A stretch of 64,000 bases of DNA from Octopus vulgaris. Its lineage: Eukaryota. Under the pieces are notes generated by a model that saw only the letters and a program-made list of their open reading frames with translations, made no database searches and had not been told where the DNA came from. The stretch covers positions 110,112,001 to 110,176,000 of the forward strand of contig OX597815.1 in the NCBI GenBank assembly GCA_951406725.2, in the 5' to 3' direction. The position numbers and the translations under genes were made by a program. Every line of letters starts with the position of its first letter. The stretch's first letter is position 1. Of this stretch, positions 40,388 to 53,592 are shown piece by piece.

Positions 40388-41465
40388 ATGGTATCACTCA
40401 GGCACCACCTGCTAAACAACAGCAGCAAAAATAAATATATTAATGCAGCCCTGAAAAGTGAAGTGAGCAACATTATACGCGTAGGCAGTCAACTCCTCAA
40501 GAAACACCCTCTTCCTATTCAGCCTCAAAACAGTTGGTCTTTCTTACCTCAGAGAAGACCTGGATGGAAAGCACTGAGCATACAAAACGACCATACATGG
40601 GTATATTGCCTGAAATCTTGAAGACAGTAGAATTGACACGAAGCGCAGCATCTCTTAGACAAAAGACCATTACATCACACTTTGAAGACTATGCGTTTGC
40701 AATCCAGGAAGAGATTGCCTCAAAGTACCTGGTGAACAAGAGAGACAGTGACGCTCTTGTAATTCCAAGTTGCGCCGCATATGTAGGCTATATCATGTTT
40801 CTGTGAAGACATTACCCATGTGATTAGCAGCTGTTCTCAAGTCTCGTCATGGTATTACCTCCCAATGCGGCACGATGTAGTTGCTAAAGAGTTTACTATG
40901 CCATCCGCTAAAAAGACTGTCCAGAAATAAACTTAGAAAGTCCCTCTATTATGAGATACATTCATAAACACCAACTCAAGCAATACTGGTGGAATATTTT
41001 CAGCAAAGCTTCTGTCAAATGTAAAGATAACAGGCCGGATATTGTTGTTTGGGACAGAGGGGCAAAGGCAAGTACTATCATGGATGTTAGCTGCCCTGAA
41101 AATATAATATTTCTTTGAGAATTAATGAAAAAGAGGATATCTATGGACAGCTACTTCGAGACTTCAGTTTCTATATCCAGACAATGAACTTATATTTATA
41201 CGAATAATAATTGAAGCACTAAGTTTTGTTAGTAAATTCTTAAAGGAAAATCTGAATAAACTGGGATTTTCAGAAAGAGAAAATGACTGGCTGACTCGTA
41301 CATTACACGTCCAATCTGTGAGTGGAAAAGTAAAAATATGCAAGACTTTCTCAAGCTCCAAATGTGTACTTGTCTGTGTTAACTACATCCCAGAGACGGA
41401 GCCTTGTATCTTTGTTGGGAACCGGCACTCTCCTCAGTGGAAGATCTATAATAATTAAAACTGTT
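40388..41465 (+). mobile_element. RLE non-LTR retrotransposon 3' remnant (NeSL/R4-like), family A
   Basis: YAFAIQEE, decayed CCHC (EDITHVISSC), RHDVV, YWWNI, NRPDIVVWDR, DVSCP, EKEDIYGQLL, NLNKLGFS, GKVKICKTFLKL, with frameshifts. Confidence 0.85.
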
Positions 41466-41474
41466 TTTGAAAGG

Positions 41475-42275
41475 ATGCACTGAGGCATTGACATCCAGCG
41501 GCCAGGAACAAGCTCAGAACTAATTACACCAAGATCCAAATAGATAAAAGCAGGAATCGCCCCTTTGTAGGGTGTGTGGCAGAAAAAACGAAGTAATCTT
41601 ACCTATTGCGAGCGAGTATAGCAAGCTAGCTGAAAAGCTCTATAAAAGGAGGCATGATAACGTGGCTAAGTTCGTCCTTTGGCTTTGTGAAAAGTACGGC
41701 CTGAACACAGTGCGGAAATGGTACGAACATGAATCAGGGTCACCGAGAACAAGGAACATAGATACTATGGGATTTTACAATGCAATGTGACTCCCTAATC
41801 GAGGCTCGGAGATCAGATATTGTTATGATAGATAAGGGAAGAAAGGAAACGAATATCATAAATATTGCAATACCTGGAGATATACGCATAGGTGACAATG
41901 AAGTTGAAAAAATTGGAAAGTAGAGACTATTAAAAGACGAAATTGCAAGAATCTGGAGTATGAAGAAAGCGTCTGTCATTCCAGTAGTTAAGAGGCACTC
42001 GGAGCACTGACGACCAAATTCGAGAATATATCAAAGAAATCGAAATTGACATGAGAGCAGAGCAAGTCTAAAAACTACTCTGCTGAGGACAGCTAGGATT
42101 TTTGAGACTGGTACTTCGATGTTGAATGTCTCCCACGATAATTAACAACCGAATATCAAAATTTATGATGTGCTGAAAAAGACTCTGTGAGACCTCTGGC
42201 GGCAGGCTGCGGTCCGGCCTCGCAGAATCTATTAGTACAAACAAGACCGAACGTTCTGAGAAGTAAAACAATAAC
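41475..42275 (+). mobile_element. R4/Dong-like RLE LINE 3' remnant, family B
   Basis: SPLCRVCGRKNE..SKLAEKLYKRRHDNVAK, ILWDF..DSLIEARRSDIVMIDK, NIAIPGD, DEIARIW, SVIPVV. Ends in an AAT/AAC-rich tail. Confidence 0.88.
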
Positions 42276-42287
42276 AATAATAATAAC

Positions 42288-42387
42288 AATATGGTACATC
42301 GTCAGAGAATGCTGGAAACTGGCACAACGTGAATACAAAAGACGACATGGCAATGTGGAAAGAATGATCCATTCCGAGCTTTTAATG

Positions 42388-42455
<68 letters not shown>

Positions 42456-43095
42456 AAGAAGAAGAAGAAGAAGAAGAAGAAGAAAAAGATGAAGAAGAAA
42501 TCGTGGGCTTGGTTAAATAAGGGGCAATTATAAAAAGAAACAAAGCCTAATTGTAGCTACACAAAATCAAGAGATAAAAAACAAACGACTCGCGAATAAA
42601 TATATATGGAGGAAATGTGTCAGAAAAATGTAGAGCCTGTGGAAATTAGAACGAGGCAGTGGCACACATTGTAACAAAATCCCCCAAGTTGGCACAGGAA
42701 GAATATAAGAAACAAAGGCACGACGTTTGATTCTAGGATCGCAAAGAAAGAGGAAGAAAACACACAACAAAAAGAATACAATGTCTTAAAATTTGAAATA
42801 GGAAGAAATTAGAATATGCGAACAGTAAAGGTCATGTCTATGATAATTGGTGCGTTGGGAACAGTGAACCAAGTTATAGACAAATGGCCGAAGGAGATTA
42901 AAATAGAATGCTCGGTAGATCTCCCACAGAAAGTTTGCTTCTTAGGGACACCAAGGATTATCAGGAGGGTTCTAAGCACTTGAAAGACAGCTGAAAACCT
43001 GTTGATAATTAAGGTTACAGGTAGTAATCCGCTACCCACATAATTTCTACTAGGAATAAGAGCAAACCTGAGCCAAGTCAAAATAATAGTTTGAA
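42288..43095 (+). mobile_element. Two further R4/Dong-like fragments separated by (TAA)n(GAA)n
   Basis: IWYIVRECWKLAQREYKRRHGNV (42288-42375); CRACG..AHIV..KLAQEEYKKQRHDV and IIGALGTV..QKVCFLGTPRIIRRVL (42625-42980). Confidence 0.75.
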
Positions 43096-43104
43096 TAACA
43101 AGGA

Positions 43105-43700
43105 AAGCAAAAGGGGCACGAAAGGAATACAAAAGGAGGCACGATAAAGTGTCTAAGTTTGTTCACTGGAGATTATGTGAGAGGTACGGTCTTGGAAGAA
43201 CAAGAAGGGGTACGAACATGAACCAGAAGGCGTTACAGAGAATAATGAATATAAAATCTTATGGTATTTTGCAGTCCCAAGTGACTCTTTAATAGATGCC
43301 CGAAGACCTGACATTGCTGAAGTGGATAAAAGGGAAAAGTAGTAGGAGCAGAAGAAGAAGAAGAAGAAGAAGAAGAAGAAGAAGAAGAAGAAGAAGAAGA
43401 AGAAGAAGAAGAAGAAGAAGAAATTGCAAGGTTGTGGGCAAAGAAGAGAGTGACTGTCATCCCAATAGTTGTAAGGGCACTCGGAGGACCAGCAACTGAA
43501 TTTGGCAAATATGTCGAAGAAATTCGAATTGACATGAGGGTAGTAAAGCATGCGCAAAAGATTGTTCTATTAAGACACAGCGAGGGTTTGGAGTTTGGTA
43601 TTTTGGTGTTGAGTATCTTCCAATTTATGTATCAACTCTTATAATTCGTGGAAAGAGACCCTGATAAACCCAGCGAAACTTTTGTCAACTGGCCGCTGTC
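43105..43700 (+). mobile_element. R4/Dong-like RLE LINE 3' remnant interrupted by (GAA)n
   Basis: KEYKRRHDKVSKFVHWRLCERYG, YEHEPEGVTENNEYKILWYF..LIDARRPDI, EIARLWAKKRVTVIPIVVRALG, AQKIVLL. Confidence 0.85.
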
Positions 43701-43758
43701 CGCTTTCACAGAATTAACTAGAGTGAGATCGAGATCTGTGAGAAATAAAATATATAGT

Positions 43759-44133
43759 ATCAAGAGCACTCGGAGAGTGCAAACCTCCGCCAAGGCAACA
43801 CCAATGTCCTCTCAACGATTAGCCAGAGATGATATTTGAAATGAGAATATCTGAAATAAACTCGTCTGCTCTCACAAACGAAAATACTAAAAATGAACCC
43901 GACCGCTCGCAAAAATTAAGTAAAAAAAAAAAAAAACGAAAAATAAGCCAGGTTTCTTTGTCCGGCACCGGATTGATACCAAAAACTTATCAGTTAGTAC
44001 CAGTCACGAGGCCAGAGATCCCTGAAAGTTTCATCCGAATCCATTCAGCGGTTCTTGAGATATCTTGTCCACAGACAAACAAACAAACACGACTGTAAAT
44101 AATATCTCCGCCTTCGGTAAGGCGGAGGAATAA
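43759..44133 (+). mobile_element. Helentron-associated non-autonomous element (HINE/DINE-1-like)
   Basis: 5' hairpin GCACTC-gga-GAGTGC, subTIR CCTCCGCC (43784), internal (ACAA)n microsatellite, 3' GC-rich hairpin CTCCGCCTT-cggt-AAGGCGGAG (44106-44127). Confidence 0.78.
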
Positions 44134-47100
44134 TGATAATAATGATAAATCAGCAAGCCTCTGCCATCGGTGTCAGTTCATCGCCGTTATTTTCATTTTT
44201 ATCCCCCTGGGGCTTATGGTTTCGATGTGTCTGGAATATTGAATGCGCCATGGGCTCTTGGACCGATCATCTTCGTGTTTTCTTCTTTTTGGTGTCCCCA
44301 TTAATGCAGTCAAACTGAGCATAACTTGTGGCCTGCTAGGAGAAATCAACAAAGAATATGCATATATATGTCCATGCTTACAAACATAAAAACTATACTC
44401 TCAACGTATATACAAGCGCCTATTTTCTCTATATAATCACACTACCGCTACTCAGAGATACGCGTATATGTGTATGTGTGTGCATTTTATATACATATAC
44501 ATACTTACGTACATAAATGCATACTTCCATGCATATAAACATACTTATATACACGCATGTATACACACACATATATATGTATACGGTTGTGTCGTGGTTC
44601 TATCTCTTCATTTATTTATTAATTTCTCTCTCTCTCAATCTGTACGCGTGTGTTTATGCGTTCTTCTATCTTTGAATGTAGTATAATATGTCTGTATGTG
44701 CGTATGTATGTATGTGAGTGAGAGAGTGAGTGAGTGTGTATACGTGTGGCTGTGTGTACGTGTGTATGTGTGTGTATATGTGTGTGTATGTGTGAGTGCA
44801 TGCGCGCTCGTGTATGATTTTTAACACGTATACCTGTTTATACATTCGTGGTTACGCAGTAAAAAAATTCAAAAAAATACCTGACAAATGAATTTTCTCT
44901 GTGAATAGTCATTTGAAAATTTATAGAAAATAAATATATATGTTATTGATAGAGGAAAGCAAAAAGACAGAATAGGAAATAAAAAAAAATTACCGTTTAT
45001 CGATTCATAACTTGCATTGTATTAAGCAAACTTCAACATAAGGTATAGCCAGAAGATTTCATATTTTTGAGAGAATTGTGAGAGAATGAAGAACAAAATC
45101 AACAGCTAGTGGCAGATAATCGATTAGCAACAAAATGCATGTTATTAAATTGTTAGTGATATTTTGATGTAAAATGTTTTATTTTTTTAATTTACAAGTA
45201 AATTATATATTTGCTTGCAAAACGTAAAAACAGAAAAGGAATTGTTTTGATATTCTTTTGTTTGTAAATTTAAAAGGAATGTGTGGATTTATATTCAAAT
45301 TTAAGTGTATATAAGGATTTATATATGTTTGCATTTACGTACGATTTTTAAAATAATTATTTCAATATCCAACAGTATGGGAGCTTGCAACCAATGAAAA
45401 ATACAAGAAAGCATTGAAGTGGTTAAATTTAAAGCTGAATTTCTGAAAAGACTTTCAAATGGATGAAATATGTATGTAAAAGGCGATGTCCTATTTATTA
45501 TATATATGAAAACAATGAAATGCTTTTTGCTTTCTACATTATATGAGTACAGCACTTTATATCACAGCCAAATATATAGAAATGAAGCTTTAGTAATTAT
45601 TTGCACATAAATATTTCAAATTCTTTCGCTAATACTTTGTATGCAGCGTATACATATTCCATTAACACTTTGTTTTCCTCATTGTCATTATGAATAATCT
45701 CGAAAATGCCATGAACGATATTAGAATGAGATCAGTTAAGAGCCTGTCTAGATTTTTGATGAAATTAAGTCAAATTAATAATCGGTTTTCCAAGAAAATC
45801 ATTTGAACAGCGTTGTAAAGTTTCTATATTTTTATCAACCTTGACTAGATGTGATAATATTCTTTCATGTTAATAATTCTTGACTATTTAATAGTTCTTC
45901 CTTGCTGTATTTCTATAGCAAACATTATTGAAGTTATACATGTATGTTATTTTAGAATGATATTATTTTCAGACTCCATAAAACAGAATTTATTATTATA
46001 TCCTAACAGTAGTTATTGTAAACAACAGTCACTTAATGGATGACTCAAATGAAGTTAAATATATTACATAAAATAAATAAATAAATGTCGCATACATAAA
46101 ACTTTAAAATATTCTGTTGCAGTAACTCTTACTAACCTAATATTGATGTCATTTCTTTTCTGTATTCATTAAGGCAATAGTTACATAAAATTTTATAAGC
46201 TTCGTAGCAATTTCGTACTATATTGTAGTAGACAAGGTGGTTAAATCATAGATACGAATATTTCCAGTTTGAGAAATGTCAGGTAACCCTGATTGCTCAT
46301 GATGAAAATATAGAATGTAATGTCTATATCAGTCAAAAATGAACCACCAACGAAACAATGGGTGTAACTACGTAGACTCTCTTGATCTTCTACAAACAAC
46401 AGCTACATCTTTTGGAACGCTGGCCTGCCATCATGAAAGAAGGATAAAGAATAAGGATGAGATGGACAAGGCTAGAATGTCCTTGAACATAGGTATACTC
46501 ACGTCAGAATTGGAACAAAACAACACTTTCAAGTTGCCCCAATTTTTACTTATTCATTTATAGTTCGAGTCTATATGAGTTCGTTCCACTCACTAGTACT
46601 AAACGATAAATTTATTTTAAATTAGATCTTAAGGAAAGACAGTATGATCATGATGTGGATGCCCTTGATCATAGATCTAGTCATTTAATGCTATCCTGTA
46701 ACTAAACCATAACAACTAACAATGTCACTGAAACGGTCTTCTCTCAGGAATAATTGAACTAATGAAAGAACTGCTAGAGAAATGCACTGCTAGGGAAATG
46801 TGTCTCTTATTTCTAGAAGAATCACCATCAACGTATGAGCCCGTTTGTTAATAAGACCATAGCATAAAAAATACACAACCAAAACTCAATTTTTTCGTGC
46901 CCCATGAAAATATAAACAGAGCTAGACAGTGTCATCTTTGCCTAGCTTAGCAATATATATTGATCTATCATTTCGTTCTTTTAAATAAAAGAAAAGTATC
47001 ATATAGAACAAATCCTCTTGTGCAATGTAAACGATGAGAATCAAAACAATGGTTTGTATATCATGCTCAATAATTTCAGCCTGACTGGATCTGGAATATG

Positions 47101-47448
47101 TCGATCCAGGGTATGTTTCCTTTCAAACGATTTTTATGTTGACGACACTCTGGATTAATTAGCGAAATAAAACATGCGTGACAACTATAAACCCATGTCT
47201 TCGTAGCCAATAAGTCAGCCATGAGACTTACACAACAAACAGGTATTTATGATGCAAAGCATTATATTCAAAGCCCTGTTTTAACATTTAGTAAGTTTTC
47301 TTTATTTAAAATCATGTATGAACAGACTTCGTGAGTGGGAAAATTTAATTAAAGTCTGAAAAGTTATTCGCCAAAAATAATTATATATAAACAAAAATAT
47401 TTCAGCTCGCCTGTACAACATTATGCTTACATTTTCATTTGCATACAT

Positions 47449-47491
<43 letters not shown>

Positions 47492-47549
47492 GCTCACAGA
47501 CACGCACACACACACACACATACACACACACACATATATATACAGTATT

Positions 47550-47734
<185 letters not shown>

Positions 47735-48021
47735 GCGTATGCATGTATATCTAATGGACATTGTAATCAACTAGTCACTGATATTCAGTTTTAATCGCTA
47801 ACACTTTCTTTCGTTCTCCCTCTCTGCACATACCTCGCCCCACAACACATTTAATTCTAATAATTAAATTCCTGATACCCTGAAACTACGATCCATTTTT
47901 CATATTTAAAATATCGGTCTATTTCATACATATAAACACACATAATAATATATATAAATATATATATTCTCATGTGTGCGTATGTGTGTACGTGTGTGCG
48001 CGTGTATGTCTATATATATTT

Positions 48022-48062
<41 letters not shown>

Positions 48063-48065
48063 TAT

Positions 48066-48112
<47 letters not shown>

Positions 48113-48159
48113 TAAATATATATATACATATACATAGATAGATATAGATACACACACAT

Positions 48160-48202
<43 letters not shown>

Positions 48203-48748
48203 TATATATATATATATTTACGTATATATGTATGCACATATGGTTGTATAATTTTTCAAGTTTCCAACACATACCGTGTACTCATTATGCTTAAATGAAA
48301 TTTAATAATCTTCCCTTTGATATTTCCATCCATAATCAACTCTGAATATCTTTATTAATTATGTGTTTACAAATATACTTATAATGATAACTAGAAAGCA
48401 ATCTTTACAACAGTATACCTTATTGTCTTGCTTAAGTGTGTTTAGTAAATATAGTAAAGAAAGTTAAAATCTGAATTTTAAGCATTTAACATTTTTTTTT
48501 ATTTTTGTTCCTTTTACTGTTTTAAACCTCCGGTTATTGACCACATTCATGGACAACATTATCAAGAGTTCACCTCCAGTAGTATGTCTGTTACAAAATT
48601 AAACATGGAAAAAGGAAAGGCATGGACATAATTGAGATGAGCAAAACTCCTGGGAATTTACTTTTGTTCGACGACTACAGTCTGGAATTACCTCACACAC
48701 TCATACATTCACACCCGAAATTATGTATGTATATATGTATCATATATG

Positions 48749-48829
<81 letters not shown>

Positions 48830-48872
48830 TATTCATATATATACATATATATACATACACACTTATATATAT

Positions 48873-48919
<47 letters not shown>

Positions 48920-48932
48920 CATATATATATAT

Positions 48933-48988
<56 letters not shown>

Positions 48989-49066
48989 ATGAAAAGGAAC
49001 ACACGAGTTGATATATATGGAAAAAAAGTCAAGATAGAAAATGCTAAAATAATTCTATAAAAAACA

Positions 49067-49108
49067 TTTCAGTACCGGTTTCAGTTATTGAGACTTTTTC
49101 AACTGTAA
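49067..49108 (-). ncRNA. Minimal hammerhead ribozyme, U3-A8 core variant, at the 3' end of the Penelope-like element
   Basis: UUACAG-UUGAAAA-AGU(cucaaua)ACU-GAAA-CCGG-UA-CUGAAA. Confidence 0.7.
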
Positions 49109-49169
49109 CAATTAAATAATTAAATTTAGAAAAAATTAAAAGAAAAGTTTATTTAAAAGAATATTTGTA

Positions 49170-49552
49170 TAGGCGCAGGAGTGGCTGTGTAGTAAGTAGC
49201 TTGCTTACCAACCACATGATTCCGGGTTCTTCTACTATAGCCTCGGGCCGACCAAAGCCTTGTGAGTGGATTTGGTAGACGGAAACTGAAAGAAGCCCGT
49301 CGTATATATGTATATATATATGCGTGTGTGTTTTTGTGTGTCTGTGTTTTCCCCCCTAGCATTGCTTGACAACAGATGTTGGTGTGTTTATGTCCCCGTT
49401 ACTTAGCGGTTCGGTAAAAAGAGATCGATAGAATAAGTACTGGGCTTACAAAAGAATAAGTCCCGGGGTCAAGTTGCTCGATTAAAGGCGGTGCTCCAGC
49501 ATGGCCGCAGTCAAATGACTGAAACAAGTAAAAGAGGAAGAGTAAAAGAGAG
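49170..49552 (+). mobile_element. tRNA-derived SINE, family A (CORE-like; internal deletion)
   Basis: A box GTGGCTGTGTAGTAA, B box CGGGTTC, body TACTATAGCCTCGGGCCGACCAAAGCC..GGAAACTGAAAGAAGCCCGTCG, internal microsatellite, tail GCTCCAGCATGGCCGCAGTCAAATGACTGAAAC. Multiple copies in the window. Confidence 0.9.
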
Positions 49553-50900
49553 AATAGTGTTCAAATACAAGTGGCATTTTCCTTGTTTCTGCCTGTCTCT
49601 GTCTCTCTTGATTACTCTTATGAGTTCAAGGTCCTTGTGAATTCTTGGTAGGGAAGAAGAAGAAAAAAAGGAAGGAGGTGGGGGAGAAGGGGATTAATAA
49701 TAATTTGGGAGTGCCATGATAATAGTATTTTGAATGGTCAGTGTTTGGTAGCAGTCCCTGTTCAATTCATGAAAATATTTCTTTTGAATGTTTTGTTAAT
49801 AGAATATTCTAAAGAGCATTAGTGATAAAGTTAGGAAGGAGAAGGGAGAAGAAGAAGAAGAAGAAGAAGAAGAAGAAGAAGAAGAAGAAGAAGAAGAAGA
49901 AGAAGAAGAAGAAGAAGAAGAATCTCTTGAATGTATCATTTTTAATATTTGCGTGTGTATTTGTATTATTCTAAGGCCGAGGTGGATATGTCATTTGTCG
50001 TAGACGGGTTTAGAAGGGGCCTGCATTTTGTAATAAAGAGAGTTTCTTTACTAATTCGTTGGCTCCAGGTTGTATCGTCCTTGAATTGTTAGAGGGGAAT
50101 AATTCTGAAGCTTGGATTTTTGTTGTTGACACAAATGTCGATGTGTTGGCTGAATGCTATTTTTCTGTTTTGGGGAATTTTTATCTGGGATCTGTGCAGG
50201 GCCATTCTTTCACGTAAACTATTTTTTGTTTGGCCTATGTATTGCTCTTGACGCCCAGAGCGGGTTAGTGTGTATATCAGGTTCTCCGAAGCACATGTGA
50301 AGTTGCTTTTCACTGTGAAACGTTGTCCCTGTTTGAAGCAGAACTCTGATCCCTCAATTAGATAATCGCATATCCCACAATTGGGTCTTCCACATTTTTT
50401 TACTGACGGCTTCTGTGTTGTTGAGCGTATTCGGGCTTGTGTTAAGAGACTTTTCATAGATTTGGGCTGTCTCTTGCTTTTTATGATGGTGTGTGTTTGG
50501 AGGATTAAGTTCATTCTGTGATCCTTTTTGGAGGATGGTGTCGAAGGTTTCATTGTTGAGAGGGTTGTGTGTGGAGATGTATGGTAAGGCTTTTGGTTGT
50601 AAATTTTTCTTTAATTTGGGATGTCTGAGTTCCTGGATGTTGAGTGGAAGGGCACGTTGAAAGCATATGTCAATTAGTGAAGGTGGATAGTTCTTGGTGA
50701 TGAGTGTGTTCTTTAGTTCATGTAGTCGTGTGTCTCCGGTGCTTGCATTAGAAACTAGTACATATCCTTTTTGCTAGGTTGAAGGGGATATTTATTCTGG
50801 TGTGTCTGGGGTGGCATGAATTGAATGGAAGATATTGCTTGGAATCCTTAGGCTTGTAGTATATATATGTTTCTATTACGTTATTAGATTTCTTAATGAG

Positions 50901-50940
<40 letters not shown>

Positions 50941-51047
50941 CTATACATATATAGTTTGCACACGAGATCCAGAGATTCTTCGTATAGAAGACACGTGGTA
51001 GTGCTCAAAAGATTCAAATTTGACTGTCTAAAAAATAAAATCTTCTC

Positions 51048-51170
51048 TACCCTGATGACGGAAGCTCGTCTCATCCAATGTTAATTGCATCTATATGATT
51101 GCATATTGTGATGAAGTAAATCTACCAATATTTTTATGGATCGTCGAGCCCTCAGAAACAGCTGTTGGAC
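51048..51170 (+). ncRNA. Hammerhead-like motif with ~95-nt helix II insertion
   Basis: CUGAUGA (51052-58) ... GCUCG/CGAGC and AUCCA/UGGAU pairings ... GAAACAGCUGUU (51155-66). About 110 bp downstream of a (TA)n tract. Confidence 0.5.
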
Positions 51171-52102
51171 TTAAACCAACTTTCTTACCCTCCTTTATAC
51201 TCTGTAAGTTAGACCTATCAATATAAACGTCAATATATTTATACATAAAAATTCATTATCTGAAAGTTTACACTTTTTGCTTTCCCTCGTTTTGCATGTA
51301 TACATATATACACAATTCGTATTCGATGCATTTAATAAATTTAATATATTTGATGTCTAATTTGTTTATCGGCATAATTCTGCTCCCCCATCTCTCTTTC
51401 TCGTCATATATATATATATAAACAATGATAATAATACGGATTATACCAAAGTGGCAAAGTTTTACATTTAATTCTTTTTACATATACAGCTTCACATAGA
51501 TCTACACATGTTTCAGTTGCACCGATTACTAACCGTTGCGATTGCAACGCTAGTATAATACCTGGGCAGTTAAATACAATTACAGACTGACAATTACAGC
51601 AAACTCACGTATGCTCACCATTTGTAACGTAGTGCTATTGTACAGTATTACATCATACAGTACAAAACAAAATTAGGTAGGAAAATACTTGAGGAAAATA
51701 TTCATATACTATATAAATTTCCACACAATAAATAGAGAAGATTAAATAATGGAAACCATACACTTATAACAAGGTAATGTCATAATTAACACGCACATAC
51801 ATCACAAAAATATACATAAGACTACCGATGCCTGAAACTAGTATTCAAACGATTTTGGAGAGAGAGTTAACATGAATTCAATCAGTGTATAGAAAGAATA
51901 CAGACATCAAATATATGCAATTATTACAAATGCGACTGTGAAGCTCTGGAAACGTCGAATATGGGCTTGGGAAATATATTGTCCCAAATCAAGGGTAAAA
52001 ACAACAAATAAGAAAATACGATATATCTAAAATATAAAAAAGAAAGCTTGAACTCAGTCATGTATTCAATAACATACGCATAGAATATGTCCCCTTATAT
52101 TC

Positions 52103-52148
<46 letters not shown>

Positions 52149-52240
52149 TTGTACGCGTGTGTGTATATATGTATTGTATTGTATTGTATTGAAAGTGTAT
52201 GTCTGTGTATATATATACATATAATGCAGTACTGTATGTA

Positions 52241-52272
52241 GTTAATTCTTTCTTTCTTTTTATAATTTGCAG
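52241..52272 (+). promoter_or_regulatory. Strong 3' splice acceptor upstream of the Sp ORF (possible 5'UTR exon start at 52273)
   Basis: gTTAAT branch-like motif, long pyrimidine tract tctttctttctttttataattt, then GCAG|G. Confidence 0.4.
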
Positions 52273-52770
52273 GGAATCAGTATATCTTCATTCTGGATAT
52301 AAGGAAAAATAAGAAGCAAACTTTATAACGTTAATGCATCTGTCAGAGCGCCGACATGAGATGCATCTCCATTCACATGAACAACACTTACAAATGTATG
52401 TCTAACATAATACTTAAGAAAAAGGAACCATTTAATCGCCATCGCCAGAACACCAGCACTAGCAAGGAAAGTAATCCCAGTTTTGATGGACGTTAATAGT
52501 AGAAGAGGAGTAGCAATAAGGATAACATTACTCTATAATTAATGTATTAGAGAATCAAGCCAAAGTTAGATACGACGGCAAAGACTATAACAAGAGTGAA
52601 TCGGTAAAACAACACAAAATATATACAGGAAAAGATACAGAAAACAATAGTATCACAATGATAATAGTAAACGGTAAATGATAAAAAAAACAACCCAATT
52701 TAACTCATTAACTCTATGAACAATATTTAGGACACCAGCTTATAGTTTCCAAGTCGGCTATTTGAGCAGC

Positions 52771-52835
<65 letters not shown>

Positions 52836-53592
52836 GCACACACACGCACACACACACACACACACCGCGCGCATAGATTCACACACATATACAAACACGC
52901 ACATACACATTCGCATCGCACTACCATACCCATACATACTCTCATACGCCCACACACACGCACACACGCACACACATACACACATGTATATATACATAAT
53001 TGCATACACGCACTCATGTGTGTGTGTATATATATGAATACGCACAAATACATAGACATAGACACACGCACACCGCGCATCAACAAACACTTCAGCAAGA
53101 ACAATAACAGTAAGAGCAAGAACAGTAAGAAATGTGAAATCGAAAGCAGAAATATATGACATTTAGTATCCCACAGTGTCTACTGCAGCAGCGCTGAATT
53201 GAATTTGCTTGCAGCTATCGACGATATTACTAACTGTATAGCTCCTATCATTCTCTATGTCAGTAACAACGAGAAGAACCTCATCAACAACCATAACAAC
53301 AATAACAGCAACAGCATTATGAACAAGAACTACTAATGATCAATTCCCACAACATGATAAATAGAAGGAAGATTTAAACAATACACGTAATGTGAACAAA
53401 AAAGAGTAACATTTTTGCCTTTAAGTTGTACAAAGTTATGATTTTTTGTTACTTCTGATCGTCTAAGAAAGTAGAGTTGTTGTAACTCGCCATTCGCCAT
53501 AATTAAGTAGTATCAGTGTCCAGTAATTACTACATCAATCAATCAGTCAATCAATCAGTCGATCAATCAAACAGTTTAAAGAACAGACGAAT

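Larger units (their letters stand above)
48985..50902 (-). mobile_element. 5'-truncated Penelope-like retroelement (Neptune-type), bounded by (TA)n on both sides, interrupted by a SINE and (GAA)n
   Basis: RT C-terminal motif YYKPKDSKQYLPFNSCHPRHTRINIPFNLAKRIC (50748-50890). Cys linker CGRPNCGIC and GIY-YIG-like NLIY...QYIGQT...LRERM..H (ORF 50089-50553). Terminal RISKETLFITKCRPLLN in another frame. Same-strand hammerhead near the 3' end (49067-49108). The 3' boundary is inferred. Confidence 0.88.
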
